Assembly: GCA_043228905.1 (NCBI GenBank)
Contig: JBHGNT010000301.1
Coordinates: 1 to 37,339 of the forward strand
DNA: 37,339 nt
Reading direction: 5' to 3'
Source of the DNA: Azolla caroliniana
Lineage: Eukaryota; Plantae; Polypodiophyta
The position numbers and the translations under genes are program-made. Under the pieces are notes generated by a model, which was not told where the DNA came from, searched no databases, and saw only the letters and a list, made by a program, of their open reading frames with translations. This document shows, in pieces, positions 1 through 12,409 of this stretch; the first letter of the stretch is position 1; each line of letters begins with the position of its first letter.

Positions 1-432
1 ATGATTATGTGCACCTTTATACAAAATTTCTGTAATTTGTCCATCATATGAACGCTCAACTTTTTTTGTTACAAGACAAGATGGATATGTACACTTATAG
101 TAGCTCCGAGGAAATTCGCTGCCTTTAACCTGTTTTTGCCCATATTTCCGCCAATTATAGCCATCATCATCAGGCCGTTGCACCATATATGGTTGACAAT
201 GACTGGTAACAAACCCTTGAGGAGGTGAGACATTCTCTAGAGTCTCAACCTCTGGTTTTACCTCTGGTTTTACCTCTGGTTTTACCTTTGGTTCAACAAT
301 AGTTTGTCGTCGTGATGAATTATATGAGGGAACCAATGGCATCCTCATCTTTGATTCAAAAGCACACATTTCTGAAAGTACTTGAGCTTTTGAGTCTCGA
401 ATACCCTCGTGTTGAGGAGGGCCAGGAGATGC
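1..432 (-). CDS. WRKY: Group I WRKY transcription factor, exon 4 with N-terminal WRKY domain (continues beyond window)
   Basis: Acceptor CTGCAG| at 433. Hand translation gives [10 protein letters not shown]...[12 protein letters not shown]...[56 protein letters not shown] (WRKYGQK plus C2H2 zinc finger). Not in the ORF track. Confidence 0.95.
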
Positions 433-1185
433 CTGCAGCAAAGCATTTGACACCATCAGATGAATTAAGTTAAGATGCCTAAGCTTTGCAAAAGCAACAA
501 GTGTTTAAGGATGTCAATAACCCTTGAGACCTAATCAAGATTACGATCAATCTCTGCTCAACAGAATTCGTTCAATATGTGCCAATCAAAATTGACCTCA
601 TAAAGAAGCGGCAGCTGCTGAAGAGGTTCGAACATAAAACCCACGACTTCAATGGTGAGAACTTACTCATTAACTTATTTCTAGGCTAGCAAAGCAAGAG
701 GGGCCTAAGGACGCCAATAAACCCTAAAGTCTAAACCTGAACCATGATAAAGATGACAACCTCATGTTCAATATGTGCACTTTCTCAATAAATGCCACTA
801 ATTTCCTAGAAACAGTCATTGGATGTTTTGGATGGATAAGAAAACTCCAGCATGTTGATCCTACCACATCTGCATAGGCAAGACAATAGGAGTTGTGTAG
901 GAGGTCTGAACAGAAAATGAAATGCTCACATCTATGTTGAATTAAGTTAAGAAATCGTATTTAAAGACAAGAAAAATTAAGAGCTACTTGAGTAATGCTC
1001 ATAACACCTAAAGCTTGAGCCCTGAACCCTTGGTCATATGTTCAATATGCATTTCGTTCCATATGTGCTGATCAATCTACAGGCTGTCAATTAATCCTAA
1101 ATCCTAAACCCTAATAATTATGATGATCACAAGTTCAATAAGCATTATTTTTTATAACTGGTGTTCATTTCCACAAAACACTCAC

Positions 1186-1389
1186 TAGATGTTTTGGATA
1201 GGTATAAGAGTCCCAATATGGTGTTGACCCTACCATGTCTGCGAGAGGAGACAATGGCGGCTGCACGGGATGCTCAAAAGTAAAACCATCACTCCTATTT
1301 TGCTCAGAATCAGGGCCACCCAGAAGTGCTATGTTCTCTTCAGGAGCAGAGGGGATAGCATATGTTCCTGTGGTGGGAGATTGCTGAAC
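1186..1389 (-). CDS. WRKY: Group I WRKY transcription factor, coding exon 3
   Basis: Acceptor TTGCAG| at 1390 and donor CTA|GTGAGT at 1185. Begins VQQSPTTGTY (conserved PSPTTG motif). Phase 0 at both ends. Confidence 0.85.
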
Positions 1390-1429
1390 CTGCAATATCA
1401 TAGGCAATTCAACATTTTTTGTACAGAGT

Positions 1430-2100
1430 TATAGAAACTTCAATATGAGGAAAAGGAAACCAAATTTATAAAGTTAAAGATGTGGATAGAAAGACATATC
1501 CTTTTAATGTCCATAGGACATTGATATGGGATGGGGCTGAGCCTATAGAGAGGAACTACCAATGGAGAGAAAAAAGAGATATGATGCTTATACAAATAAT
1601 ATATACATAAAACAAGTGATATGGAGAAAAAGTTTATCTATATACAGAAAAACTTAGTACGTTAGAACGTAAAATGGAGAAAACAGAGGTCTATCTACAC
1701 AAATATTGACGAAGTAGGACATCCAATATGAGAAAAAGATGGTCTATCTACACAATATATGCTAAGTTGAAGCTTCGATTGCAGAAAAAAGGAGGTCTAT
1801 CTAGATTCTACAAAAATGCTTATTGAGTTAGATCTTCAAAATGAAGAAAAAGATCTATGCAGATATCTATTCAGTTCAATACGAAGGAGAATAAGATCTA
1901 TCTACACAAGTTAAATCTTCAATCTGGAAAAAAAGGAATTCCATATACTCAATAAATTTACTAATTGAGAGAAAGTTCAAAGCTTATGGAGAAAAAATGT
2001 CTACCCACACTAACATTTACCGAGTTAGAAGAATTTCAATTATGGAGAAAAAATGAGTTCTATCTAAATTATCCAGAAAAGAGACCTCTATCTATCTACA
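1430..2100. repeat. Degenerate ~55-bp tandem array filling WRKY intron 2
   Basis: Recurrent AGTTAGAACTTCAATATGGAGAAAAA...GGTCTATCTACACAA-like units, roughly 10 diverged copies read by eye. Confidence 0.7.
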
Positions 2101-2103
2101 TAC

Positions 2104-2285
2104 CTGTCCAGAGCAAAATAACACGGGAGAATCGAGTAAGGTTCTTGGACTAAACCCCGGTGGAATGGTGAGATAAGGTGAAGAACGCCTTATCGGAAGC
2201 TTCTCGGGCATCATAGCTTTGAACCTTGCAGAGTGATTCAGTTTCGATGTAGTAGAAGAACTTATAGGAGGAGCTCCCATTTGCC
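2104..2285 (-). CDS. WRKY: Group I WRKY transcription factor, coding exon 2
   Basis: Acceptor TACAG| at 2286 and donor CAG|GTATGT at 2103. Encodes ARFKAMMPEKLPIRRSSPYLTIPPGFSPRTLLDSPVLF, the conserved MAPK-docking/SP-cluster region of group I WRKYs. Confidence 0.9.
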
Positions 2286-2569
2286 CTGTATAATATTATT
2301 GCTTTCCCGTGTTAATTGATCTAAGAGACACAAGAGATGGCTAAAAGATGATATTAATCGATGGAAAAGCTAATAAATCAATGACCAAAAGTTAGTAAGC
2401 CAAGCCCAAACATTGTAGATTAATAGCTACAAGATTGTAAATCAAGCCAAAAAATTATATATGAAAGATAAATAAGCCCAAAACTTAGTAAATCAATGTC
2501 AAAAAATGGTAAATCAAGCCCAAAGCTTTGTAAATCAATGGTTAAATTGTGGTACGTCAATGGCAAATC

Positions 2570-3440
2570 TTGTATTTTCTGATCTTAACATCTTTCACAC
2601 CTTTATCCTCTAAACTTAAATTTCCATCTGTTTTCTTAATCAGACAGTTACAGCTTTCTTTCTAACCTTAAACTCCCACCTTTCTTACATTTTTTAACTT
2701 CCATAGCTCTGATCTTCAATGTTTCATCTTTGCTGATCTTAAAGCTTGCACATCCTGCTCTTCAAATTCTCTAATCTCTTTTCATCTTAAGCTTCCCCAA
2801 CTCTGGTATTCAACTTTCATCTTTTTCTGATCTGAGAACTTCCACATCTCAGTCCTTCGATTTTCATTTTTCTAGTCTTAAAAACTTCTATATCTCTGAT
2901 CTCAAGAATTCCAAGATTACTGTTTTCTCTCCGTCAAAGTAAAAGCACCTAACAAGACGAAGAGGTTATCTGCTTCCATCTCATTTTCTCATCTCAAAGT
3001 TTCATAGCTCTGATCGTAAAATTTTCATACCTCTGATCTTAAAACCTACATACCTCTGGTCATTCTACAATGGAGTACAACAGGCGATCTATTTCCATCT
3101 TCCCTTGTAATCCTTAACTTCCATTTTTCTGATATTAAAACTCCTATACATGTGGTATTACATTATTTCCATCTTTCTAACCTTAAAACTTCCAATCCTT
3201 CGATCTTAAAATTTCATTTCGTTTTAATATTAACACTTCCATATCCCTGATCCTAAAATTTATATCTTTCTGATCCTAAAAATCCATACCTCTCATTTTT
3301 GAACTTCCATTTTTTCTCATCTTGATATTTCCATATCCTTGATCTCCTTTACTTTATCTTTCCAAACTTCAAGCTTCCATTCCTCTGATTATATATTCCT
3401 GATCATATTTCTGACCATCGAAAATTTCCATGTCTCTGGT
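2570..3440. repeat. Degenerate ~22-24-bp minisatellite in WRKY intron 1
   Basis: Recurrent TCTGATCTTAAAATTTCCAT(A/C)T-like units throughout the segment. Confidence 0.7.
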
Positions 3441-3540
3441 GGTTCACCATCAACGCATGAAACAATCTCAAATAAAAGGGTACCAAACAATCACCTACAC
3501 CATAAAGAAACAAAGATTTCCATTGGTCATTTATACATGC

Positions 3541-3838
3541 CTGTGTGAGAAGTCGAATCAAAAAACCAGGAATCCTTCGTATCATCGCCCAAAGGAGATA
3601 AATTACTCCCTAAAAGCTGAGAAAACGATTTATGTTCTGAGTAAGGATCCTCTGCAAATAAACTTGAAACAAATGTCATTGGACTTGGAGAAGGACCATC
3701 AGAAGTATTCTTAAATATGTTGTCGGAGAACGCTTTAGGTGGAAGAGAAAGCTTTGGAAGGGATGTGTTAGCAGGAGCCTTCTTCATCGTCATCATTTCA
3801 ACATCGCCCATCTCTGATCTGTTAGGAAATTCATCCAT
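3541..3838 (-). CDS. WRKY: Group I WRKY transcription factor, coding exon 1
   Basis: ATG at 3838. MDEF...PSPSPMTFVSSLFAEDPYSEHKSFSQLLG resembles the group I WRKY N-terminal SPGPMTLVS...SFSQLL motif. The phase-1 donor is CAG|GCATGT at 3540, or alternatively GA|GTAATT at 3606. Confidence 0.8.
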
Positions 3839-4189
3839 GAATCAATCGGAGATGGTGGAAGTAAAGAAATGGGTCGATGAAGAAGAGGAAGAATGAGCAG
3901 GGTTTTTTGAAGAAGGGGAGGAAAGAATGACGAAGGAAAGAATTGTGCAGACAAAAACATGGAGAAGAAAGGAAGGAAGGAAGAAAGAAAGAAGAAGAAG
4001 AAGAAGAAGAAGAAGAAAGGTGAATAAAGTCTATGGAGGGGAAACTGTATCTTTCTTCTCATCACCGTCGTCGTCACCATGGCTATCGCCATCATCAATC
4101 TGCATACATACTTACATACATACTCTGTTCCCATTTCAGGTTTAAATTTTTTTACTCTGTTTTTTCTCCTCCCTCTCCATCTCTGTCTC

Positions 4190-4325
4190 TATACATGTAT
4201 GTATACAGTATGTATATGATATGTATATGTATATGTATATGTATATGTGTACTGTTATACATATACATACATGTATGTAGTATATGTACATGTGTACATA
4301 TACTACATACAGGTATGTATATGTG
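4190..4325. repeat. Compound (TATG/TATATG/TACA)n microsatellite upstream of WRKY
   Basis: Directly visible. It explains the low-complexity overlapping ORFs at 4033-4490. Confidence 0.9.
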
Positions 4326-7300
4326 TTTATCCACTTAATAACATTAAGTAGCAAAGCAAAGAGTGCTTGTTTGGGCAATGGAAATAACCACCTCATGGGC
4401 TCTCCAGGAGGAGAACCATCTCGCTTGCCCGATCCCTTTGCCCACACGATTATCATATTCGTATTTTCTTACCCTCTCGAATCACTATAGTATGACCCAA
4501 TTAAGATCAAATTGCATGTTATGAGTAAAGCTACAAGAAAGACAAATCATCGAGCTCGATATCATAGATTAATCATTGATCATTGATAGTTCTAGTGACA
4601 AACCTTCAACCAACCATGATACTTCAAGAGGGGTTCCTACAACAAACTTGGACTCGACAAGACATTTCTCCCACCTCAAGATTCACATGGTTTTGCCTCA
4701 CTTTCACACTTATTGTTGTAACACCAAGCTTAGAATCTCCTCCTTCTATTGAAGTTGCTTAACCAACTTGATTTTGCCTCATTGACAACCAAAATTTTGA
4801 CACAAATTTTTCCTCTATTGCTCATTGTGCTCAACGAAGTGTCCTGTTGTGCCTTTCAATTACAAGCAATGTTCAAGAAATGTTTCACTTATTTACTTAG
4901 TGTCTTGTTGTGCCTTTCAATTGCAACCAACCTTTGCACGGAAGTGGAGAAGAAAAAATAAGAAACCGTAAGATGTGCTCAATTGGACATTTTTTGCTTC
5001 TTTCACATACAATATAACAATAAATTTTGAGAAACATGCCTCACAATTTGTAGAAACCTATCAAGGTATGCTTGTATTCAGTTGGGGATATGCTCCCTTC
5101 ATGACATATTTGGACTTGGTTGGAAATTCCATGTTTTTTGTCGATCCATGTTCCCTTCGTAACATATTTGCAACTTAGTAGGAAATTGCAACTTGACATT
5201 ATTTTCTTGAGTTCAAGTTGGTTGTTTACAAGGGGCCGTAAATGTAACCCTATTTGAAACGGGCGACAGAGCCAAAATGCCACTATGTTCTCTTTACCTT
5301 TACATCGAGGGTTTGGGATTTTTCTTTTGTAACTACAATTGGTCAATTATGGTTTCAATATGCAAAATAATGGGAATTTCTCGTTTTGAACATTCACTTG
5401 TGGCATACCATACCACACAAATTTATAGGAATTCAATTAAAGTTTTATGTATTTCATCATATTTAGCCAATGAGAGCATCTTATTCTCACACATGTTATA
5501 CAACTACAACGGAATCAAGTGGTCATTCATCTCATTTAGATTGTGTTAAGGGAAACATGTGCTTTCATTGACTAAAAATGTCGGTCCAATTGGAAATATA
5601 GATGGAGGAAACAATATTATACTAAATGCCTATATGTTCCTATTATCCGATAAATAAAAAGGAAAGTCAACCAATTTTGATTACAAAATAAAATCTCAAA
5701 TTAGACATCTTTTGAGAGAACTAGCACAATTTTGTAACAATATCGTTATGCTTCATGGATTCTTCGACATTGGTAACATGGTTCCATGTCAACAAGTAAC
5801 TCAAGCTTTAAGAGCATGTATGGTAGATGGAGTTGAAATCTATAGCTATAGACTACATGGTAAGCACATGTTAAAAACAAATAAATAATGATAATGATGG
5901 ATACTTTTTTTCCCCAAAAACAAAACTCCTTCCATTAGCTATTAAATTTTACAACAGATAATGTTATATACAAATCCCGGAAGGGACTCGATAATTCCAT
6001 CTTATGTGGAGGTCCACTGACTCAAGAATGGGAGAGGACGACCATTGTTGGATGAAGGCTAATCATTGTTTTTCATCTCCATCGGATCCATCCGCGATAC
6101 CATTGTATTGGATCTTTAGTGTGGCTACAACTTCACTCCATATCTCTTATAATAATGTTGCATAGTGTACGGTGGTTTGGCATTGATGGGAGTTTAGTGA
6201 ATATATGTCAGTGGTGGAAAATATAATCTCCTGTGCCTTTATCACCAAATTTATCCTCTCCTCCTGATTTTTGTATTTGTCAATTGGGGCCAACCATGGT
6301 AACCAATATACATTACCCCACTTGAATGTGTCTTGCACCTAGCATAATTGCAATAGTCAAATGGGTCTTCGAGTAGTCCCACATCTACCAAGAATCTAGA
6401 AAATGTTCCTTGCCATCAATCATCACCCAATAACTTATGATGATCCTATTGAAAGCCAAAGGCATGTAAAAATCCTGGAATTTTTTAGTCTACGAGAAAA
6501 TATGTCAAGGGCTTCTCTTTAGTGTCTTATTGATGTCAATGATATGTTGAACTATGTTAAAGCAATTAGGCCCAAAAGCATTGGTGTTGACTTTGTTATC
6601 TAACTCCAATTTCTTAAGTTATCTCTATTTATTGGCCTCTTTAGCCTCTCTTGCTCATTCAGTCCTTCATAAGTGTACACCTCATAATAAAACTAACTAA
6701 TACAAATTACCCTCATAAGTGTATCTCGTAGCTTCCATTGGATGGAATGTCAGTCAATCACTAATTGCCATAAGAGATTGTTTTCCTTCGAATATCAAAT
6801 AACAAAATGAGCCCACATTAACATTAAGGTAGAAGAATCCATCTCATGGTCAACTTATTATTCAATGAAATCTCTATCACAACACCGAAACAAAAAATAA
6901 GACCTTAACAAGTTAGAGCATCTCTCTCTATAACCCCACTCTGACAAAAGACCAAGGGTTGAAAACCTATGCTTGCACATGAAAACAATTAAAGAATAAA
7001 TGGTTTGAATTATTATGTGCAATTGTCCTATGTGGGAAATCAATCCTTTCCTCAAGCTTGTAGCATTGTCTAAGGAATATCATTAATTCCTAGTTTTGAC
7101 CATTCAAATGTGGACGATTCATACAACTCATACTTAAGGTGACTTCATTGATTAAAATTAGCTAACAAGAAACCTTCTCTCCTCAAGTTGACTATATTGC
7201 TACGCATATATAATCAATGAATATTTTCTATAAAGAGTGTTTTTGATATTTTTGGCCGTCACATTGGATTTATTTGGAAAAGAATTGTTACATCGTTTTC

Positions 7301-7726
7301 AATCTCAATTGCTAATGCAATTCTATGTTGAAGTAGGATATTGGAAGCATTTCCTTTTTATAGATTCATGAGCTTAGCTTGATAAAAAATCTTAAACTTG
7401 AACAAGTAAACATGGTACCACTTGTATATTGCAACATTTAAGGTTGCAAGTTTGAGGTTAGAATCATTTTAAAAGTTCTTTAGATTTCTTCATATATTTA
7501 GGTTGATATTCTGCATATTAATTATTTTCTCAAACAATAATGTTGCCTTATGACAAACTTACAATGTAAATAAAACCCATGAATGTATATATATTCCCAA
7601 TTTCATAGCAAATGTGATGAACTTAAATACAATGTTCAAGGGCATTCTATTAAACCACAACAATCAATTTTCCAAAATTCGAATTATTTTCCACAAGTGA
7701 TTTCCTTTCTTGCATTCAAAAGCAAC

Positions 7727-7971
7727 TACATCTTCATGTTACAACATCCCTTAAATAATTCTAAATGATGAAATTCACCGCCTTGGCCCTTCACTAAAGT
7801 TATGTTATTTAAAGAATAACTTGAGTTCATCAAACCTTTGTTGTTCTAGTACATCTTCATGTTACAACATCCCTTAAATAATTCTAAATGATGAAATTCA
7901 CCGCCTTGGCCCTTCACTAAAGTTATGTTATTTAAAGAATAACATTAGTTCATCAAACCTTTGTTGTTCTA
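7727..7971. repeat. Near-perfect 123-bp tandem duplication
   Basis: TACATCTTCATGTTACAAC...TTGTTGTTCTA starts at 7727 and again at 7850. The only difference I saw is TTG vs ATT after GAATAAC. Confidence 0.95.
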
Positions 7972-8289
7972 ATATAGCTAAGAAATGGTCTCATTAGGTA
8001 TAGTCATGACTCATCAGAGAACAAAGAACATTATATTCAAGATATTCACCTATAGATGAAGAAACATGTGCACAACCCACAACCTCTTGAGCTCAATGAT
8101 TTGGACCCTTCATAACTGTTTACACCATTTTAGGGTTCATCTTTGGAGAAACAATATGATGTGATTGCTTCTTTGTCTCCATCAATTCCAAATTCAGATA
8201 ATGATTTTGAGCCTGTACTAAGAATTTGGGGCTCAAAATTAGCCATACAACAATGTAGGACCAATTCAAGTTGATGTTAAGTCGCGTAA

Positions 8290-8690
8290 ATTTGTTTGTT
8301 AAGGATGTTGTGGCTTGGTCTGCATTAATTTCAGGTCTCACTTCATATGGATGTGGAGATGAAGTGCTAACTGTTTACGTAATGATGAAGAATCATGGAA
8401 CAAGGCCAAACTAAGTCACGGTAGTGAACCTTCTTAAAGCATGCTCAAGCGCAAGAGCACTAGATAGTGACAAAATCATCCATTTTGAGGTTGTGGAGCT
8501 AGGCTTTTGAGGTGGACTCAACACTTGGAAACACTCTTGTTGATAGCCTCCAGGTATGCAAAAGGTAGTAGTCTTGAGGATGCCTACAAGATGTTTGATA
8601 ATCTTTTCTTAAAAGATGTTGTATCTTGGAACACCATGATCGTTGGCTATGTAGATAATGGATACAATTGTAGAGCTTTGGAATGATCAG
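8290..8690 (+). pseudogene. PLS-class pentatricopeptide repeat (PPR) gene fragment, disrupted
   Basis: Hand translation gives KDVVAWSALISG...MKNHGTRPN*VTVVNLLKACSSARALDSDKIIHFEVVELGF/EVDSTLGNTLVD...YAKGSSLEDAYKMFDNLFLKDVVSWNTMIVGYV. These are typical P-L-S motifs with an in-frame stop and frameshifts. Confidence 0.85.
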
Positions 8691-10412
8691 AAAGGTTGGC
8701 GAAAGAGAGCATAATGCTTGGAGTAATATATCTGGATAATATGTTGTTGGGAAGGATAGTCGCGTCCTTTCCATCAATTTGTATTTTGTAGCTGATATGT
8801 TTTTTTGGAATAAAATAAAATTCAAGTTGATGTTAAACATAGTAATGAACATTGAGTTTGTAAACAAGGGCATGTGATCATTCATTGTCTCCAACCTTGA
8901 CATGGCAACAACTAATCCATCCTTGATGTTGCCTGTGATTTATATTTCCATACTAGAAGCTACAAAAATCACAGTATGGATACATGTTGCATTGTGATTC
9001 ATTGTGCCTTGGCATGTAGTGAATTGTTACAATATATAGCCATTTATGTGTGATGTGTCATAAAAGACTTGAGTGTGTTTTATTTATACTTCTCAATTGT
9101 AGTTACCCTAGTTGGACTATAAAAGTTCAACACTTGTACTTACCATATTCAAATAGAGATTCGTCTACACTAATTTTGTTGTTTGAATTTTTGATATTAA
9201 TGCATTATTTTGAAGAAAACTTGTGAACTTAATATTCTCTAGATTGCAATAATGATGCATGTTGATATACATTACACTTCTGCAGGCAAACTAAATTCGC
9301 CACTTGATTTGCTTTATAATGATATGGTATTCTCTAAAAAGTTGAGCAAAACTTTTTAATGCTATTATTCTACATGCAAATATGTTGTAGTGCTCAACAT
9401 AAAGCTGGTCGAAATCTTAAACTTAATAGTTGGAAATTCATAGGGAAACATATGTGTTTTGTATGCAAAATTCATGTGGTAAAGTTTCACAAATTTCTAT
9501 TATTTCAATCATGAAAAGGAAACTTTGGTTGGTCATGAAAAAGATGTTTGAACAATGAGATGTGGATGGCCATCTATACTAAGTTTGGTTTTTTACCTAA
9601 TATCATCCTTGGTACGAATCCATTGAATGCACATGTATCACTAATATTATATTCTCTTTCGAGACCTTCAAGAGCTATTATCTTGATTCTCAAGTTGAGC
9701 ACAAACTCATCTCCATAACGACTTGGAAACAAGAGCCATAACCATTCATCATATTTTGGAAATCCATAGCTTTGCTTTGATACCCACTTTGAAAGGAGGA
9801 ATATAGGGTTAGGTAGCATAAAAGTTCAATAGTTTCTTTGAATATTCAAATAACATAATTTATGAGTGCAGGTTGACTAAAATATGCTTATATGTATAAT
9901 GTATGCATTAGAATGTAAAAAAACATGTGAGATCCTTATTTCTACTTTATGCATATTAGTGCTCTATAAAATTTAAATCAAATAAATAATTAAACTAAAA
10001 ACAGGTATGCAAGGTTATCAAGATCCATTGGCAATGACTAAGAAATGAGGTTTGCTAATCATAGTCTTAATTTATTTAATAAATTTTTGTTTCCAATACG
10101 CTCAAATTTATGTTTAGCCATAGAAGCTTATTTTGTCGACTATGTGTTGCTAAATTAATCATGTATTGTGCATTTGGCTTTTGACTTTTCTTAGTTATAT
10201 TGTTCAATATTCTTTTCCATGTGATTAGGAGCTTATAATAACTCGTCCAAACACATAGTAAACTTGAAAATGAGCAAGCATAACTTTTGAGACCATTATT
10301 TTTTGGGGCATGAACCACAAATTTAGAATGTGAATGATACGTATTGTTGTCGACCTTGACAAAGCATCGTGCTTACACATAATTAAGTAATTTTCGATGC
10401 ATAGAGATCATG

Positions 10413-10699
10413 TTTTTGATTGGTAAAGCACCATGCCTACACACTTTTGAACTAGGAAAGCATATTTTGGAGTAAAATTTCTCTTCATAAAGATCGCTAT
10501 TCTATCAAATATGCAAGGCAATATTAGACATCATGCATTTACACCGTATGAAGATAATCTTTTCGATTGGTAAAGCGCCGTGCATACACACTTTTGAACT
10601 ATGAAAGCATATTTTGGAGTAAAAATTCCCTTCATAAATATCACTATTCTACCAAATATGCAACGCAACATTAGACATCATGCATTTACATTGTATGAT
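10413..10699. repeat. Diverged ~147-bp tandem duplication
   Basis: GATTGGTAAAGC...ATTAGACATCATGCATTTACA starts at 10418 and 10565, with many transition differences. Confidence 0.9.
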
Positions 10700-12357
10700 T
10701 TCTATTTACCTTTGAATTGTTTTGGTACAAATTGGGTTAATGTAATTGGTTTACATAGAATCCGAACACAGACAAAACATGTGGTATGTAATTTAACGCA
10801 ATCACGCATGTGCATTGTTATATACATTCATATGTGACGCAGAAGATTTACGTGCGCATGTTTGTTTGTTGATATAATGAGAACAAAAAGGCAGGCATGG
10901 ACCATCGTATCCATAACGAGTATCAGAGAAACAAAAAGACAAAATAGTTGTTTCTCAATAAAGAATGCTCTTCGTACATATATTAAAAGGATGAAATTTG
11001 TATTAGTTTCAAAAGTTTAGAATTCATTTGGCAAGAGGTCATGATGACGCCACAATTGGAAGATGCTTATGATTAGTTGCGAAAGTTTAAGAGTAGTGCT
11101 CACATCCTTTATTCAATAAATTTCTTTCCACAAACATGTCAACTATGGATACGCCATTTATTTTTAAAGGAGAGCACAATCGATGAAATATTGTAGAAGT
11201 GTTGGCCCACTAACAAGGGAATGCTATCTTTGTCAAAAAGCTTGTAGGCAAGGTGCTTTTGTCAATGTTAGGCATCGATACACATCATTAATTTTCCAAT
11301 ATAATTTTGTTGTTCATCGTACATTATCCTTTTGTGAATAATTGAACATAGAAGCGAGATATTTGCGAAATGGCCAAAGAATTCTAGTTGAAACATGATT
11401 TTGTTCATGTGCAAGAAAGGAGCACGAATTTTGTTTTGTGCTTCATAATGACAACCTTTGTGACTATTCTACTTCTAATATTTTTTAAAATGTAACGACT
11501 GAAATTAGGATAGGACAACAGAAAACTAGTAAGTTTGTAACTGAAGGATATGCAATGATTCTATTGGTTAATGTCCAAATGTCATTGAAACCTAAACCCC
11601 TAAACATGTTCAAATAGAATACCTAAACCAAATTCTTGTTCTTAATAACATTGAATTAAACCATTATTGTAACAAGAAAATCTTTGCAAGAAAAGAGACT
11701 ATGTTAATTCATTGTGAGCGTATAACTCAAAGGGAATGTAAAGGTACTACTCCTAAAGAGGAGCAATATTAAATCTACCTAACATCATTTATAAAATGTT
11801 GATATCATCATCCCAATGTAAAATAAAGCAAGGGTTAAACTAGTGAGTTTTTCTATGTTTTAGTAAAAATTAACATTTGAGACTACCCCTTACATAGTGA
11901 TGACTTTCATATTATTACCCGTATAAGTCTCATATAACAAATATTGTCATGCTTAGATTTAAATAAAGCCATGAGTTTTTATGAAGCAAATTTTGTGATT
12001 CACATTGCACAGAGAATGTAGATGAATGCAAGTAGTCTTGAGCATTCTTACTAGTTAATAAAGGGAAACATATGTTTCTTCCTTTCTTTTGTGATATTGC
12101 TTTAGCACATAAATCGGTACAACAACATTTACCAATGATATTAAAACCTATGCTTGTCATTTCATTACGACAATTGATGTTGAACATTGACAAATATGCA
12201 CAACTTTTACATGGAGTTAATTTCCCTCACTGGTACAAACAACTTAAAAGGTTGTTCAAGGTGAGAACAAAGTCCATCCACACAAAAAGCATAATCCATG
12301 CATTTTACAAGGTGTAGAAGTAAATTCCTCTTGTCTTGAATATTGTTGTTGAAGCCA

Positions 12358-12406
<49 letters not shown>
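12358..12406. repeat. (AG)n microsatellite
   Basis: Directly visible. It abuts the start of a 5'-truncated LINE fragment. Confidence 0.95.

Positions 12407-12409
<3 letters not shown>

Noticed and set aside
3793-4490. Overlapping ORFs upstream of WRKY
   Set aside because: They are translations of (GAA)n and TA-rich microsatellites in the 5' UTR/promoter.
5335-5675. W-boxes (TTGACY) suggesting WRKY autoregulation
   Set aside because: Only a few scattered hexamers about 1.5 kb or more from the ATG, which is expected by chance.
4500-7700. Possible decayed retrotransposon coding sequence
   Set aside because: Only vague motif resemblance was found, and no domain could be read confidently.
8900-12350. 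Possible Helitron or other DNA transposon relic
   Set aside because: No recognisable Rep/helicase or transposase motifs or termini.
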